Origin: Candidatus Eiseniibacteriota bacterium
Lineage (GTDB): Bacteria > Eisenbacteria > RBG-16-71-46
Length of the DNA: 64,000 nt
Direction of reading: 5' to 3'
Assembly (NCBI GenBank): GCA_041483195.1
Contig: JBGPFC010000013.1
Coordinates: 30,437-94,436 of the forward strand
Notes under the pieces: generated by a model
The model's database searches: none
Told to the model about the DNA's origin: nothing
Seen by the model: only the letters and a program-made list of their open reading frames with translations
Made by a program: the position numbers and the translations under genes
In this document: piece after piece, positions 33,109 to 42,496 of the stretch
Layout: every line of letters starts with the position of its first letter
How positions within the stretch are numbered: the stretch's first letter is position 1

Positions 33109-33935
33109 AGACGCTCGCATCCGCAACACTCGTCGCCGCGCTGACGGTCGCCATCCTCCACTCGCCGTGCGCCGCATCGGACGCCGGCATCGCCGCCGCC
33201 AAGCGCACGCTGCAGCAGGCGGTCTCCTCCGGGAAGCCCGACGCCCTGCTCGGGGCGCGCGCGCAGTTCCAGGCGCTGTCCGCGGCCGAGCCCGCTTCCG
33301 CAGCGCTCCAATACTGGGTCGCCGTCGCGAGCTGGCGCGCGGTGCCGGTGGTCGCGAGCGTGGACCGCAAGAAGGCGGAGCTGATGGCGAAGGACGGGCT
33401 CGCGCACTGCGACGAGGCGCTGCGGCTCGACCCCGGCTTCGCGGAGGCCCTCGCGCTCAAGGGCGGCCTCCAGGGGATGTCGATCATGTTCGACCCCTCC
33501 TCGATGATGACGCTCGGCCCGCAGAGCGGCGCGAACATCGCGCGCGCGCTCGCGATGGCGCCCGGGAATCCGCGGGTGCGACTGCTGCAGGGGATCGGCA
33601 TTCTGAACACGCCGGCGCAGTTCGGCGGCGGCGCGGACAAGGCGCTCGAGCTCTTCAAGCAGGCGCAGGCGCTGTACGCCGCGGACACCACGGTCAAGGC
33701 CGCGGACTCGACGGCGCACGCCGCGGAAACGACGGCGAACGCCGCGGCGCCCGACTGGGGCCGTGACGATGCGGCGCTCTGGGCGGGACAGTCCGCGATG
33801 CGGCTCGGCGATTTTTCGACGGCCCGCGATTTCTACCTGGCCGCGCTGCGGACCAATCCCCAGCAGGGGTGGGTGAAGTTCCGCCTGCTGCCCGCCGCCG
33901 AGGATTCGCTCGCGGCAAGGAAGCAGACGCCATGA
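33105..33935 (+). CDS. Exported TPR-like protein
   Basis: ATGA overlaps at both ends; signal peptide; ALRLDPGFAEA, APGNPRV, TPAQFGGG and PDWG motifs. Confidence 0.75.
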   Translation: MKTLASATLVAALTVAILHSPCAASDAGIAAAKRTLQQAVSSGKPDALLGARAQFQALSAAEPASAALQYWVAVASWRAVPVVASVDRKKAELMAKDGLAHCDEALRLDPGFAEALALKGGLQGMSIMFDPSSMMTLGPQSGANIARALAMAPGNPRVRLLQGIGILNTPAQFGGGADKALELFKQAQALYAADTTVKAADSTAHAAETTANAAAPDWGRDDAALWAGQSAMRLGDFSTARDFYLAALRTNPQQGWVKFRLLPAAEDSLAARKQTP

Positions 33936-36136
33936 AGACGGGCGCGTTCGCGCTGTTCGTGGTCGCCGCGCTCGCGGTGGCTGGCCCGGCTCATGCCGTG
34001 CTCGTCACCGGAACGGTGGTGGACCACGCCGGCAAGCCGGTGGAGTTCGCGACCGTGTCGGTGCCGGCGCTCAAGCTCGGCGCGGCGACCGACACCGAGG
34101 GACGCTTCACGCTCGATCTGCCCGAGGGTCGCTTCGCGATCGAGGTGGCGCAGCTCGGATACGAGCGGGCGAAGCTCGAGCTGTCGGTGAGCGCCGCGAT
34201 CCGCCCGCTGCGCGTCGTGCTCGCCGATCAGCCGGTCGAGCTCGCGGAGGTGAGCGTCACGGCCTCCTCGTTCGGCAAGGTGGGCAAGAGCGAGGGCGCG
34301 ACGCTGCGCCGCATGCAGGTGATGACGACCCCCGGCGGCGCCGCCGACGTTTTCCAGTCGCTGCGCGCGCTGCCCGGCAGCAACGCCCCCAACGAGGGCG
34401 CGGCCGTGTACGTGCGCGGCGGACCGCCCTCGGAGACGCTGATCCGGCTCGATGGCGGGACCATCGGGCATCCGTATCACTACGAGCGCGCGTCGGGCGG
34501 CCTGTTCAGCGCGCTCGACTCCTACATGCTGAAGAGCGCGTTCTTCTCGAGCGGCGGCTTCTCCGCGAAGTACGGCGGCGTGCTCTCGGGCGTGCTCGAC
34601 ATCGAGACCCAGGATCCCATGAACCTCAAGACCGTCTCGTTCGGAGCCAACCTGGTGGGCGGAGGGCTCTCGTCCAGCTGGTCGCTGATCCCGGACAAGC
34701 TCGCGTTCGTCGGCTCGATGCGCGCGAGCGACTCGGGGCTGCTGTTCCGGCTGTACGGCTCGAGCACCGAGTTCGAGACCGCGCCCAGCAGCCAGGACGG
34801 CGCGGGGCGCATCCTGTATCGGTACTCCCCTACCGGCCGGCTCGCGCTCACATCGCTCACAACGAGCGATCGCAGCGACGTGATCGCGCACGTGCTCAAC
34901 TTCCGCGGCGCCTACATCGAGCAGGCCGCAAACCAGTTCACGGCGCTCCAGCTCCAGGACGTGATCGCGCGAAAGATCGCGATCAAGGGACAACTCTCGG
35001 GCCAGTACTACCACAGCGACTGGACCTACGGACCGTTCGGAGCATCGCAGACCGAGCGCAACGCGCAGGGCAGCGTCGACCTGGTGTGGCCGCTGGGGCC
35101 AAGGCACGAGCTTTCGTTCGGCGCGAGCGCGATCCACCACGACGTCGAGATCACGGGGGCGTTCGCGGCCGACAGCACCGACTACCAGCGCGGCGCGCCG
35201 GTTCGCTACTACGACACGCGGCCCACGATCGACACCCCCGGATTCTACGTCGAGGACAAGATGCGGGTGTGGGGCCCGCTCTACGCGACGGCCGGGGCGC
35301 GCGCCGACTGGCAATCGACGAATCGGGCCTGGACCGCGGATCCGCGCGCGGCGCTCGCGTGGCGCGTGGACGAGCACCAGACGCTGCGCGTCGCGGGCGG
35401 ACGCTACCACCAGCCGCCAGAGGCCCGCTTCCTCGATCCGACCTACGGCAACCCGCGGCTCTCGGCGCTCACCGCGGATCACGCGATCGCCGGCTACGAA
35501 TGGAAGTCCGACTACGGGAACGTGCGGCTCGAGGTCTATCGCAAGCGCTACCGGGACCTCGTCACCAACGAGGCGGCGACGTTTTACGCGAACGGCGGCC
35601 GCGGCGAGTCGCGCGGCGTCGACGTGTTCACGCAGGGCACCTATCGCTGGCTCACGGGCTGGGTCTCGTACGGCTACATGGAGGCGAAGCGCAAGGAGCT
35701 GGACGACCCGCGCGTGGTGCCGAGCGTCTACGGCGTGAAGCACTCGCTCACGCTGGTCTCGACCTACCAGGTGCGATCGGCGTGGCAGCTGGGCGGACGC
35801 TACGGCTACTCGTCGGGGCGGCCGTATACGCCCGTGATCGGACGCACCTACGACGCGGGGCGCGCGCTGTGGCGGCCGGTGTTCGGCGAGCACCAGTCGG
35901 CGCGGATGCCCGACACTCACCGGCTCGATGCGCGCGTGACACGGCTGTTCTCGCTGCCGAAGGGCATCGGACTTCCCGCGAGCAGCATCTGCGTGGGCTA
36001 CGCCGAGATCATGAACGTGCTCGCGACCCACAACGCGCTCGAGTACTACTACAACGCCGATTACAGCCAGCGCTACGCGCGCGCCTCGTACTTCGCGCGC
36101 CGGCTGATCGTGGCCGGCTTCGCGCTGACGTGGTAA
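33932..36136 (+). CDS. TonB-dependent receptor with N-terminal carboxypeptidase-regulatory-like domain
   Basis: Signal peptide; plug (TPGGAADVFQSLRALPG, YVRGG, GGFSAKYGG); barrel strands; C-terminal aromatic (FALTW). Confidence 0.9.
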   Translation: MKTGAFALFVVAALAVAGPAHAVLVTGTVVDHAGKPVEFATVSVPALKLGAATDTEGRFTLDLPEGRFAIEVAQLGYERAKLELSVSAAIRPLRVVLADQPVELAEVSVTASSFGKVGKSEGATLRRMQVMTTPGGAADVFQSLRALPGSNAPNEGAAVYVRGGPPSETLIRLDGGTIGHPYHYERASGGLFSALDSYMLKSAFFSSGGFSAKYGGVLSGVLDIETQDPMNLKTVSFGANLVGGGLSSSWSLIPDKLAFVGSMRASDSGLLFRLYGSSTEFETAPSSQDGAGRILYRYSPTGRLALTSLTTSDRSDVIAHVLNFRGAYIEQAANQFTALQLQDVIARKIAIKGQLSGQYYHSDWTYGPFGASQTERNAQGSVDLVWPLGPRHELSFGASAIHHDVEITGAFAADSTDYQRGAPVRYYDTRPTIDTPGFYVEDKMRVWGPLYATAGARADWQSTNRAWTADPRAALAWRVDEHQTLRVAGGRYHQPPEARFLDPTYGNPRLSALTADHAIAGYEWKSDYGNVRLEVYRKRYRDLVTNEAATFYANGGRGESRGVDVFTQGTYRWLTGWVSYGYMEAKRKELDDPRVVPSVYGVKHSLTLVSTYQVRSAWQLGGRYGYSSGRPYTPVIGRTYDAGRALWRPVFGEHQSARMPDTHRLDARVTRLFSLPKGIGLPASSICVGYAEIMNVLATHNALEYYYNADYSQRYARASYFARRLIVAGFALTW

Positions 36137-36146
36137 GAGTTCGCGC

Positions 36147-36920
36147 ATGGAGGGATCGAACCTGCGCGTGCTGATCGTCGACGACGAGCCGCTGGCCCGC
36201 GCCCGCGCGCGCCGGCTGCTCGCCGACGTCGGCGGCGCGACGCTGGTGGGCGAGGCGGGTTCGGCCGCCGAAGCGCGGCGCATGATCGCGGAGCGCAAGC
36301 CCGATCTGCTGCTGCTCGACATCCAGATGCCGGGCGACGACGGCTTCGCGCTGCTCCAGAGCCTCGACCCGCGCCCCGCCGTGATCTTCATCACGGCGTT
36401 CGACCACTACGCGGTGCGCGCGTTCGAGGAGAACGCGGTGGACTACCTGCTGAAGCCGTTCCGGCGCGAGCGGCTCGCCGACGCGATGGAGCGCGCGCGC
36501 CGCGAGCTGGCCCACCCGGCCGAGATCTCGCAGCGGCTCGAGGCGCTGCTCGCTGGCCTCGATCGCTCGGGAGGCGCATCGCCCCATCTCGAGCGCTTCA
36601 CGGTGCGGATCGGGCAGCGCCAGCTGATCTTGAAGGCCGAGGACGTGCTGTGGTTCGGCGCGGACGAGAAGCTGGTGTTCGCGGCGACCGCGGCGGATCG
36701 CCACTACGTGAACTTCACGCTCGATCAGCTCGAACGCCGGCTCGACCCGCGCCGCTTCGCGCGCGTGCATCGCAGCGCGATCGTGAACCTCGATTACGCA
36801 GCAGCGCTGCGGCCCGGCTTCGCAGGCACCTATCGGTTGCAGCTGCGCGACGAAGCCCGCACCGAGGTGCCGGTGAGCCGCGCGCGCGCGCGGCAGCTGC
36901 GCGAGCGGCTCGGGGCGTAG
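36147..36920 (+). CDS. LytTR family response regulator
   Basis: IVDDEPLAR, LDIQMP, TAFDHYA, DYLLKP, FARVHRSAIVN and VSRAR motifs. Confidence 0.95.
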   Translation: MEGSNLRVLIVDDEPLARARARRLLADVGGATLVGEAGSAAEARRMIAERKPDLLLLDIQMPGDDGFALLQSLDPRPAVIFITAFDHYAVRAFEENAVDYLLKPFRRERLADAMERARRELAHPAEISQRLEALLAGLDRSGGASPHLERFTVRIGQRQLILKAEDVLWFGADEKLVFAATAADRHYVNFTLDQLERRLDPRRFARVHRSAIVNLDYAAALRPGFAGTYRLQLRDEARTEVPVSRARARQLRERLGA

Positions 36921-37040
36921 CGGGACGCTGCGCAGCAACTGGCGAGAGAGTCTGGCGCATGGGTACCCTTGTCGATCATCTTCCCCAAGTCGCCATCATC
37001 GTTATTACCTGATGGACATCATGGTCACGTTTCAAGCCGA

Positions 37041-37811
37041 TTAGATGAGCACGACGTGATCCTGTTCGAGGATGGCTGTGACCTCGCGTGCGGCGGGCAC
37101 CATCTCCGGGCTCGACGGCACGTCCCAGGGCGCGTCTTGATCGGTAAGCGCTGCCGCGAAACTATCTGGCGTCGGGTGGAACCAGATCAACTCTGCCTCC
37201 TTTTGGCGAACGGTTGCCTCCGACATATCCGGGACCAGTCCGAAGAAGTCCATTCCAGCCCGCCACGAGGACACTCTTCGCGCTTTCACCAACTCGTGCA
37301 TGAGGGCCTCATCAGTTAGGTCGGGCCGGAGAGTCTTCAACTGGTCAAAGTTTGCCCGTTGCAGGTTCCGTGTCGTCATTGGGTGTCCTGAGATGTGCAT
37401 GGAGAAGTCACGATGACCGATGCGGTACTTTCTGCGGACGGTTTCGAGCGCGTCGTACTGGCTCGGGCGTAGATGGTTCGGGAGCATCGTCAACCACGTC
37501 CGCTTTCCGAGCAGAACGAGGCCGATGAATAAACGCGACAAGGTGAGGAGAATCGGCGACACAAGTGGAACCACTCTGAACGTGGCGAGTGGGCCAGCGA
37601 GGTAGCCGACCGGGATCAGCCACGCCAAGTGCAGCTTGTTCCACGGCATCAGCAGAAACAATGCAGCCACGGCGCAGAAGTAGAATGCGATCACGGCCGT
37701 GCCTGGGTGGAAGCCGCGCTGCGTGTTCGCGTTCCTGCGGCAGCCCCACGCGATTGACAGACCCGAGGAAGCGGTGAAAGCCCAGAGCACCCAGCCGACC
37801 CATGTCCACAT
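37041..37811 (-). CDS. Hypothetical membrane protein in A/T-richer insert
   Basis: 256-aa ORF with AAGGAGG RBS; N-terminal TM segments (WNKLHLAWLIPVG). Confidence 0.65.
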   Translation of the reverse strand: MWTWVGWVLWAFTASSGLSIAWGCRRNANTQRGFHPGTAVIAFYFCAVAALFLLMPWNKLHLAWLIPVGYLAGPLATFRVVPLVSPILLTLSRLFIGLVLLGKRTWLTMLPNHLRPSQYDALETVRRKYRIGHRDFSMHISGHPMTTRNLQRANFDQLKTLRPDLTDEALMHELVKARRVSSWRAGMDFFGLVPDMSEATVRQKEAELIWFHPTPDSFAAALTDQDAPWDVPSSPEMVPAAREVTAILEQDHVVLI

Positions 37812-37977
37812 GCGCGGGCCTCCTTCGTTCTCAGCTGTGCGGGCTTCGAGCCAAGCACCTACCGCACGTAGCTCGCTATCTCCTCGTTGACGACCTCGGA
37901 GAGAAGTTCCCGTACTGCTGCGAAAGAATCACGAGCGCAATCATCAGGGTCTTGATCGCTCTGCCCATCGTACCGCC

Positions 37978-38283
37978 TCAGCTTGTCTTGGTCATCGTTC
38001 CGCGAAAGCGGAAGGCACCAACCCACAGACACCCGAGCGAGATGATGTTCAATCCGATCCACAAGCCCTTGTTACCGAGCTTGAGGGGCAAGATGGGGTT
38101 GTAGAGCACCGCGAGGGCTCCGTAGACCCACAACCAGACGTAACTGTCTCGGCGTCGGGCTGCGGCGATGCCCACAGCGCCCGCGAGGCAGAGCACAATG
38201 CGGAGCAGCGTGTAATAGCCGAATGGCATCCGGAGCAACCCGAGCCCAACGGCGAGCGTGCAGACGAAGGCCAGAAGAATCAT
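37978..38283 (-). CDS. DUF6804-like small membrane protein
   Basis: MPFGYYTLLRIVLC...LAVLYNPILPLKL...WIGLNI pattern. Confidence 0.75.
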   Translation of the reverse strand: MILLAFVCTLAVGLGLLRMPFGYYTLLRIVLCLAGAVGIAAARRRDSYVWLWVYGALAVLYNPILPLKLGNKGLWIGLNIISLGCLWVGAFRFRGTMTKTS

Positions 38284-38284
38284 C

Positions 38285-38668
38285 TCACTCTGCGGGGGTG
38301 AGTTGACGCATCCCCAGGTGGTTCCACGCTTCGCTGAATACCTCAAAATCCTCGACGATGGCCGGCTCAACTGTTAGTGCGTCGGAGAGAGTGCCGTCTG
38401 GCTGCTCGATGGCATCGGAAAGCTGGGTGAGAATGTACCAATGCACTCGTTCGCAAACGATGTCAGCGGGTAGCCAAGCAGGCAGATCATTCGGGACGAT
38501 GGGAAGCTCGATGCGAAAGTTGTCGGGGGACTTCTGCCACGCGCCAACGAAACCTGCGTAGGGGGTCTGTCCTTCCTTCGTCGCGCTCAGCGCGATCTGC
38601 CAATGAACCGCCCGCGGGCCGGTGCTGCTGCGGCGGCTCGCTCTGGTGATCCTGATTTCCACCTTCAT
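38285..38668 (-). CDS. Hypothetical protein
   Basis: GGAGG RBS before ATG 38668; stop lies 1 nt from the next start. Confidence 0.55.
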   Translation of the reverse strand: MKVEIRITRASRRSSTGPRAVHWQIALSATKEGQTPYAGFVGAWQKSPDNFRIELPIVPNDLPAWLPADIVCERVHWYILTQLSDAIEQPDGTLSDALTVEPAIVEDFEVFSEAWNHLGMRQLTPAE

Positions 38669-38720
38669 CGCTGCCTCCAGTCCCTTGATCGGCACGACCT
38701 GTCTATCTTGAGCCGAACGC

Positions 38721-38935
38721 TTAGGCGATCTCCTCACGAATGATCGAGGGGATCAACTCGTGCACTCGCGCTTGAGCATCGGCGCGGATCATCGAGGCCA
38801 GGGAGCCGCCCGCTGAATCCCGGCTCGCACCAAGTTCCCTCGTTGGCTTGTCCCCGCGCCTCCGCTTCCAGATCGCGACCTCGGCGACCCCAAACTTCTT
38901 CAACGCTTGCGAGTAGGTGAGTCCGTCAAGGTTGA
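38721..38935 (-). pseudogene. Probable remnant of a small HTH protein gene
   Basis: LTYSQALKKFGVAEVAIWKRR resembles an HTH; ends ARVHELIPSIIREEIA; no independent start outside the upstream ORF. Confidence 0.35.
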
Positions 38936-38985
38936 TGGCCGCAAAATCCTTGCCCACCCCTGGTCGGCGCAAGGCCGTGCTCCGA

Positions 38986-39456
38986 TCATCTGCGAGCAAC
39001 CTCCAAGTCCTTGTGAGCGAATCTTGCGAATCGCTCGGTTCCTCGACCAACAATCCGTGCGCATTCATTGATTCCAGCTAAGTAGTCCAGTCCGGGGTCG
39101 AACGACTCAAGCTCCTCGTGAATCTTGCTGAGACAGTTTCGAGCCTCCGAGGAGATCAGGAATGTCTCTTGGTTCGCAACCACTTCGACTCGCTCAGCCA
39201 CTGGGTTCCATCGATCCCTGAGAACCTTGAAGGTCTCTATCCTCGATGGCTCGTGCTCCAGTGCTTCCATGGCGTCGAGCAGTGCCCCTCGAAGTTGAGC
39301 TAGTTGCGCCATGACCTCGGAGTAGGCCGCCGCCTTCCGTTCCCACCATCTCTCCGAAACAAACTGCTTCCGCGAGAGAAGGTGGTTGACCCATGCGACG
39401 ATCACGCCGGCCACAGTACCACCGAGGGCACCGGCAACTACCGAATCGAGCGTCAC
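38986..39456 (-). CDS. Hypothetical protein with N-terminal TM and helical domain
   Basis: GALGGTVAGVIVAWVNH TM followed by ERWWERKAAAYSEV. Confidence 0.65.
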   Translation of the reverse strand: MTLDSVVAGALGGTVAGVIVAWVNHLLSRKQFVSERWWERKAAAYSEVMAQLAQLRGALLDAMEALEHEPSRIETFKVLRDRWNPVAERVEVVANQETFLISSEARNCLSKIHEELESFDPGLDYLAGINECARIVGRGTERFARFAHKDLEVARR

Positions 39457-39478
39457 GCGGAGATTACCCGGTGGGGGT

Positions 39479-40675
39479 TCATCCCCTCCGGGCGGCTCCC
39501 GCGGGTGCGGGCACGGCGGCGAGCGCCGGCCCGGGGGCGAGCTCGGCGGTGCGCTTCAGCTCGTCCACCCGCTTCTGCTCGGCGCGCGACAGGAAGTAGA
39601 CCGAGACCAGGATGAACAGCACCGACACCCAGTCCTGCGCCGACGGGAACTTGAGCTTGAAGAACACCGCGGTGAGCACCGTCGCGGTGGTGCCCGCGAT
39701 CAGCGACGTGAGCCGGTTCACGAGGCCGGCGAAGGTCGCGGTGCGGCCGCGGAACATGAAGATGAAGACCGAGAAGAACGCGACGATGCCGTAGGGGAGC
39801 CCCGAGAGGAACGCCGTGAAGTGCGGCTGGTGCACCGCCTCGTGCCACTGCGCGATCGGCTTCGCGACCCAGCCCAGCGCGCCGGGAGCGAAGTAGAACA
39901 GCGCGCCGAGCAGCACCATCGAGACGCTCGCCGCGATCTGCTCGATCGCGAAGAAGCCCTTGTTGTCCTGCGGCACGCCCTTGCCGCGCGTGTTCTTGAA
40001 GAAGTTCATGATGTAGAGCCGGAACGCGTAGGCCACGATGTACGAGCCGAGGATGCTCATCGCCACCGGCGAGTGCAGAAACTCGAAGCTCCCCTTGCCC
40101 GCGCCGGGCTTGAGGCCCAGCAGGTGCGCGACCGCGATCCCCCGCGCCTCGAGCGCGTCCACCACCGGGATCAGCAGCACGTTGGTGGCGACCGCGCACA
40201 GCGCGAAAACCACCGCCCAGTTCTCCTCGGCGTACACGCGCTTCTTGAGGATGCCCTGCCGCAGCTGGAGCTCGTCCACCAGCCGGCTGATCACGATGAT
40301 GCTGCCGCGCATGATGACCATCGCGACCAGCACCGAGATCGGGAGGCTGTACATGAGGGTGGTGGTGGGGATCACGATCGCGGTGCACACACCGGAGGGG
40401 ATGATGTACGCCACCTCGGACGGCACCTTGAACGGGCCCCACGGGACCAGCCGGTTGGACTTGAGCTTGATCCAGCCGAGCACGATCACGAGCCCGAGGG
40501 CGAAGACGCTCCCGCCGATGGTGTTGTTGAAGAGGTACGTCATCTCGGAGAGCTTGGGCTCGCGGACGACGGTGAACCATTTCACCAGCACGCCGGTGAG
40601 CACGTAGGAGGCGTAGTAGCCCGCGCACAGCTGGAGCAGCTGCGAGGTGGTCCCCGAGCGGTCGTCGCGACTCAA
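39479..40675 (-). CDS. Uncharacterised polytopic membrane protein (about 10 TM), possibly a DMT-like transporter
   Basis: 398-aa ORF with host-like codon bias and about 10 hydrophobic segments. Confidence 0.7.
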   Translation of the reverse strand: MSRDDRSGTTSQLLQLCAGYYASYVLTGVLVKWFTVVREPKLSEMTYLFNNTIGGSVFALGLVIVLGWIKLKSNRLVPWGPFKVPSEVAYIIPSGVCTAIVIPTTTLMYSLPISVLVAMVIMRGSIIVISRLVDELQLRQGILKKRVYAEENWAVVFALCAVATNVLLIPVVDALEARGIAVAHLLGLKPGAGKGSFEFLHSPVAMSILGSYIVAYAFRLYIMNFFKNTRGKGVPQDNKGFFAIEQIAASVSMVLLGALFYFAPGALGWVAKPIAQWHEAVHQPHFTAFLSGLPYGIVAFFSVFIFMFRGRTATFAGLVNRLTSLIAGTTATVLTAVFFKLKFPSAQDWVSVLFILVSVYFLSRAEQKRVDELKRTAELAPGPALAAVPAPAGAARRG

Positions 40676-40705
40676 CGAACGATGCCTCTCATGATGTCGC
40701 GCATG

Positions 40706-41533
40706 CTAGCACGCTCCCGCGAGGCGCTCCACGCCGCAGTACACGTTCATCCGGCCCTCGCGCAGGAATCCCACCAGCGTCATGCCGGCCGCGCTCGCGA
40801 GATCGATCGCGAGCGAGCTGGGCGCGCCGACCGCCGCCAGCACCGGGATGCGCGCGCGCGCCGCCTTGAGCACGATCTCCGCGCCGGCGCGGCCGCTCAC
40901 CCACAGCACGCCGCCGCGCGATGGATAGCGGCCGGTCTCGATCAGCACGCCGGCGATCTTGTCGACCGCGTTGTGTCGCCCCACGTCCTCGCGCAGCGCG
41001 ATCGGGGCGAGATCGTCGCCACAGAGCGCGGCCGCGTGCAGCCCGCCGGTGGCCGAGAACGCCACCTGGGAGTCGCGCAGACGCGCGGGCAATGCGGCGA
41101 GCGCTGCGGGATCGATGCTGCGCGTCACCTCGATCGGCGTGAGCCCCGCGCGCAGCGCGTCGAGGTGCGCGCGGCCGCACAGCCCGCACGCCGCGCTCGC
41201 CGCGAAGTGGCGCTCGAAGCGCGCCCAGTCCATCGGCACCCCGGGCGCGAGCCGGATCTCGACCGCATCGGGCTCGTCCGCGCAGGCCGCGGCATGCGGC
41301 TCGAGCGCCACGACCTGCTCGCGCCGCGCGATCAGCCCCTCGCCCGCCAGGAATCCGAGCGCGAGCTCCGCGTCGTGGCCGGGAGTGCGCAGCGTGACCG
41401 AGAGCGTGCGACCGTCCACCCGGATCTCGAGCGCGCCCTCGACCGCGACCGCGTCGTCGCTGCGCGTGATCGCGCCGCCCGCGATCCGCGTGACCGGCCG
41501 CGAGACCAGCTGCAGGCCGGATGCCTCGCTCAT
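40706..41533 (-). CDS. fdhD: Formate dehydrogenase accessory sulfurtransferase
   Basis: RTPGHDAELALGFL, ACGLCG, FSATGGLHAA, REDVGRHNAVDK, SGR and APSSLA motifs. Confidence 0.93.
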   Translation of the reverse strand: MSEASGLQLVSRPVTRIAGGAITRSDDAVAVEGALEIRVDGRTLSVTLRTPGHDAELALGFLAGEGLIARREQVVALEPHAAACADEPDAVEIRLAPGVPMDWARFERHFAASAACGLCGRAHLDALRAGLTPIEVTRSIDPAALAALPARLRDSQVAFSATGGLHAAALCGDDLAPIALREDVGRHNAVDKIAGVLIETGRYPSRGGVLWVSGRAGAEIVLKAARARIPVLAAVGAPSSLAIDLASAAGMTLVGFLREGRMNVYCGVERLAGAC

Positions 41534-41546
41534 CGCGGGATCCGGG

Positions 41547-42347
41547 CTACACCTTGACGTGATCGGTGTGCGTCGCGAAGCCGCCGCCCGCGAGCGGGAC
41601 CAGCGTGTAGTCGCCGAACAGCGATGGCGACTCGCGCTGCATGATGCGCAACATCTCGACCGCGACCTTGCGGATCTCGACGTCGGCGTGCTCGCTGCCG
41701 CGCAGCTCGATGAAGTGGCGCAGCGCGCGCGCGTTGCCGGTCACGAAGATCTTGGTCTCGGTGGCGTTGGGCAGCACCGATCGCGCGGCCTGCCGCGCGA
41801 GCTTGCGGCGCAGCGTGCGGTCCTGGACATCCGTGAACTTCTCGATCAGCCCCGCGACCAGCGCGTCGTACGCGCGCCGCGTGGCGTTCACCGCCTCGCA
41901 CCACGTCGCATGCAGCGCGGGATCGGCGGCGATCGCGTCGGGCTCGATGAAATCCGAGTCGGACTCGTCGACGTAGCGCTGCGAGAGCTGCGAGTACGAG
42001 AAGTGGCGGTGCCGGACCAGCTCGTGCGTGAACGAGCGCGACACGCCCGTGATCAGGAAGCTCCACACCGCGTGCTCCAGCACCGAGCCGTGCCCGACCT
42101 CGACGATGTGCTCGATGAACTCGCGATTGGTCTTGCGCCCCTTGCCGTACGACATGTAACAGACGCGCCCGGCCATCTCGGCGAGCTGCTCGGCCCCGAC
42201 TTCGGTGTCGGTCTTCCAGCTGACCTCGTGCTCCGAGAGAAAGCGCTCGACCTCGGCCGTATCGACGGTCTGGCGTCCCACGAGATGGATGCGCGGCTCG
42301 CGGACGATCTTGAGCTCTCGCTTCTCGGTCACTGCGGCCGTCTCCAT
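41547..42347 (-). CDS. thyX: FAD-dependent thymidylate synthase
   Basis: AGRVCYMS, GHGSVLEH, signature RHRHFSYSQLSQR and ARSVLPNATET; GAGGAG RBS. Confidence 0.96.
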   Translation of the reverse strand: METAAVTEKRELKIVREPRIHLVGRQTVDTAEVERFLSEHEVSWKTDTEVGAEQLAEMAGRVCYMSYGKGRKTNREFIEHIVEVGHGSVLEHAVWSFLITGVSRSFTHELVRHRHFSYSQLSQRYVDESDSDFIEPDAIAADPALHATWCEAVNATRRAYDALVAGLIEKFTDVQDRTLRRKLARQAARSVLPNATETKIFVTGNARALRHFIELRGSEHADVEIRKVAVEMLRIMQRESPSLFGDYTLVPLAGGGFATHTDHVKV

Positions 42348-42464
42348 GGCTGTCTCCTCGGGCGCATCGTGCGGTGGGCCGCGCTCATCGCGGGCGTCGT
42401 CGCGGCATTGGGGCGATTCGCCCCGCGCGCGGCACTGTAGCAAAGCGCGCGCGGGCGAGGAAGA
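42259..42464. repeat. thyX leader + 5' coding segment, copy 1 (direct repeat with 45165-45370)
   Basis: Manual ungapped alignment at offset 2906: about 23 mismatches in 206 bp. Confidence 0.93.
42433..42441 (-). promoter_or_regulatory. Putative extended -10 promoter of thyX (TGCTACAGT)
   Basis: TGnTACAGT on the minus strand about 85 bp upstream of the thyX ATG; lies in the block that is identical in both repeat copies. Confidence 0.55.
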
Positions 42465-42487
42465 AGCCCGGCCCCGCCGTGCCGGGC
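42460..42487 (-). terminator. Putative intrinsic terminator after the TBDR gene
   Basis: GCCCGGC-8nt-GCCGGGC stem followed by TTCTT on the minus strand, about 10 nt after the stop. Confidence 0.5.
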
Positions 42488-42496
42488 GACGCACCA

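Noticed and set aside
36950..39470. Integron cassette array
   Set aside because: No integrase, and no convincing attC (RYYYAAC...GTTRRRY with internal palindrome) between the ORFs by eye.
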